Below, piece after piece: positions 45,663-47,693 of a DNA stretch of 47,693 bases. This DNA is from an uncultured Burkholderiales bacterium. GTDB lineage: Bacteria > Pseudomonadota > Gammaproteobacteria > Burkholderiales > Burkholderiaceae_E. The notes beneath the pieces were generated by a model. It saw nothing but the letters and a program-made list of their open reading frames with translations. It ran no database searches and was not told the origin of the DNA. Location: positions 1 through 47,693 of the forward strand of contig CALCZN010000092.1 of the NCBI GenBank assembly GCA_937903095.1. The letters are read 5' to 3'. The translations under genes were made by a program, and so were the position numbers. Position 1 is the first letter of the stretch, and every line of letters begins with the position of its first letter.

Positions 45663-46389
45663 GGCGCGCGGAACGAGCCGGATCATCGCTTCCGAGCGGC
45701 TGGACGGCTATGCGCCGTTCCCGATGGGAACGCTCGCCTCCGGCGCCGGCCGCCACGACGAGGCGAGACGCGCTCCTTCGTCGGCGACGGCGCCGGACTA
45801 CGCGGCCGGACGCAAGTCGGGGCTGTCCGACGGATTCCAGCGCGGCTTCCAGGCAGGCATCGCGCATGCGCAGGCCGAGAACGAAGCCGGGCAGAAGGCG
45901 GCCGGCGGCGCGCTCGCGCAGCGGATCGAGTCGCTCGTCGCCGCCTTCGCGCAGCGAATGCAGGCGATCGAACGCGAAGCCGCCGACGACGTCGTCGCGC
46001 TCGCGATCGAAATCGCGCGGCACGCGCTTCGCGCGACCCCTGCGCTGCGTCCGGAGACGATCGTTCCCGTCGTGCAGGAAGCGCTCGCCAGCGTCGTCGA
46101 CGAATCGGTGCGCATGCACCTGCACCTGAATCCGTCCGACGCCGCGCTCGTCCGCGACGAGCTCGGCGCGCGCCTGGCGAACGCGAACTGCGAGATCGTC
46201 GCCGACGCATCGATCGCCGCCGGCGGCTGCCGCATCGAAACGCCGCGCGCTCGCGTCGACGCGACCGTCGAGACGCGCTGGCGGCGCACGCTGGCGGCGC
46301 TCGGGCTCGCCGATCGCGCCGGCGTCGCGGGCGACGCAGCCGGCACGGTCGGCGTGGTCGGCACGCCCGCCGAAGGCGGCCACACGTGA
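45649..46389 (+). CDS. fliH: Flagellar export ATPase regulator
   Basis: GxxxG repeats, LHLNPSD, GGCRIET...VDATVETRW. Confidence 0.9.
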   Translation: MPSFEARGTSRIIASERLDGYAPFPMGTLASGAGRHDEARRAPSSATAPDYAAGRKSGLSDGFQRGFQAGIAHAQAENEAGQKAAGGALAQRIESLVAAFAQRMQAIEREAADDVVALAIEIARHALRATPALRPETIVPVVQEALASVVDESVRMHLHLNPSDAALVRDELGARLANANCEIVADASIAAGGCRIETPRARVDATVETRWRRTLAALGLADRAGVAGDAAGTVGVVGTPAEGGHT

Positions 46390-47693
46390 TCCTCGCGCCG
46401 GAGTGGGCGGCGCTGTTCGCGAACCAGCGCGCGCTGCTGTCGTCGGCGGCGCCCTTCGCCGTGCAGGGTCGGCTGGTGCGCGCGGCAGGACTCGTTCTCG
46501 AGGCCTCGGGGCTGCGCCTTCCGGTGGGGAGCCTGTGCCTCGTCTCGCAAAGCGACGATGCGCACGACGCAGTCCCGGTCGAAGCCGAGGTGGTCGGCTT
46601 CTCCGAAGACCGCCTGTTCCTGATGCCCACCGGCGAAACGCTCGGCCTGTCGCCGGGCGCGCTCGTGACGCCGGTGGAGTCGCCGGTACGCGCCGCGCGA
46701 TTGCACGCGCTCTCGCATCCGCGACGCCGCGCGATCGACCGGATGCGCCAGCTGCCGATCGGCGACGGCCTGCTCGGCCGCGTCGTCGACGCCGGCGGCG
46801 CTCCGCTCGACAAGCGCGGTTCGCTCGCCGATGTCGCGATGCGACCGGTTAACGCGCGTCCGATCAACGCGATGGAGCGCGAGCCGGTGCGTCAGCCGCT
46901 CGACACCGGCGTGCGCGCAATCAACGCGATGCTCACCGTCGGCCGCGGCCAGCGGCTCGGACTGTTCGCCGGAGCGGGCCTGGGCAAGAGCGTGCTGCTC
47001 GGCATGATGGCCCGCTACACGTCGGCCGACGTGATCGTCGTCGGGCTGATCGGCGAGCGCGGCCGCGAAGTGAAGGAATTCATCGACGACATCCTCGGCG
47101 CCGAGGGGCTGCGCCGCTCGGTCGTCGTCGCCGCCCCCGGTGATTCGCCGCCGCTGGCGCGCATGCAGGGAGCGGTCTACGCGACGGCGATCGCCGAGCA
47201 TTTTCGCGACCGGGGACGACACGTGCTGCTGCTGATGGATTCGCTCACGCGCTACGCGATGGCCGCGCGCGAAGTGGCGCTGGCGATCGGCGAGCCGCCG
47301 GCCACCAAGGGCTATCCGCCGTCGGTGTTCGCGCGCATGCCGCTGCTGATCGAGCGTACCGGAAACGGCGTCAACGGCGTCGGCTCGATCACGGCCTTCT
47401 ACACCGTGCTCGCCGAGGGCGACGATCCGCACGATCCGGTCGCCGATTCGGCGCGCTCGCACCTGGACGGACACTTCGTGCTCAGCCGCCTGCTCGCCGA
47501 TGCGGGGCACTATCCGGCGATCGACATCGAACAGTCGATCTCGCGCGTGATGACGAGCGTGACGACGCCTGCCGCGCAGGCGAACGCGCGCCGCTTCAAG
47601 TCGCTGTGGTCGCAGTACCAGCGCAGCCGCGACCTGATCTCGGTCGGGGCGTACGTGCCCGGAACCGATGCCGAGACCGATCGCGCGATCGCA
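46386..47693 (+). CDS. fliI: Flagellar export ATPase; 3' end runs off the window
   Basis: GTG overlaps the fliH stop; [71 protein letters not shown]. Confidence 0.96.
   Translation, partial: MILAPEWAALFANQRALLSSAAPFAVQGRLVRAAGLVLEASGLRLPVGSLCLVSQSDDAHDAVPVEAEVVGFSEDRLFLMPTGETLGLSPGALVTPVESPVRAARLHALSHPRRRAIDRMRQLPIGDGLLGRVVDAGGAPLDKRGSLADVAMRPVNARPINAMEREPVRQPLDTGVRAINAMLTVGRGQRLGLFAGAGLGKSVLLGMMARYTSADVIVVGLIGERGREVKEFIDDILGAEGLRRSVVVAAPGDSPPLARMQGAVYATAIAEHFRDRGRHVLLLMDSLTRYAMAAREVALAIGEPPATKGYPPSVFARMPLLIERTGNGVNGVGSITAFYTVLAEGDDPHDPVADSARSHLDGHFVLSRLLADAGHYPAIDIEQSISRVMTSVTTPAAQANARRFKSLWSQYQRSRDLISVGAYVPGTDAETDRAIA

Noticed and set aside
42921-47510. Minus-strand ORFs of 921 aa and 570 aa
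   Set aside because: Shadows of fliF, fliG, fliH and fliI.

Overview
High-GC betaproteobacterial (Burkholderiales-like) chromosomal window. A short housekeeping block (hrpA partial, argA, yggX-like, SAM methyltransferase, rpiA) is followed by a nearly complete FlhDC-type flagellar cluster: HDOD gene, flgL-flgB, flgAMN, two chemoreceptors, fliA-flhG-flhF-flhA-flhB, motBA, flhCD, fliC, fliDST, ycgR-like brake, fliE and fliFGHI (fliI partial). Two accessory features stand out. (1) A lower-GC cassette divergent from fliC encodes a TPR+LicD/fukutin-type phosphotransferase and a TagD-like CDP-glycerol synthase, with no glycosyltransferase; it is a candidate flagellin glycerophosphorylation system. 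(2) Five type II toxin-antitoxin loci sit at flagellar operon junctions; three are stacked between motA and flhC and each keeps an intact antitoxin but only a stump of its toxin. The regulatory wiring can be read from the sequence: sigma28 promoters (one unexpectedly upstream of flhD), FlhDC boxes with conserved spacing, many apparently leaderless genes and a bidirectional TATAAT promoter. All family calls come from recognising motifs by eye; no database searches were run.
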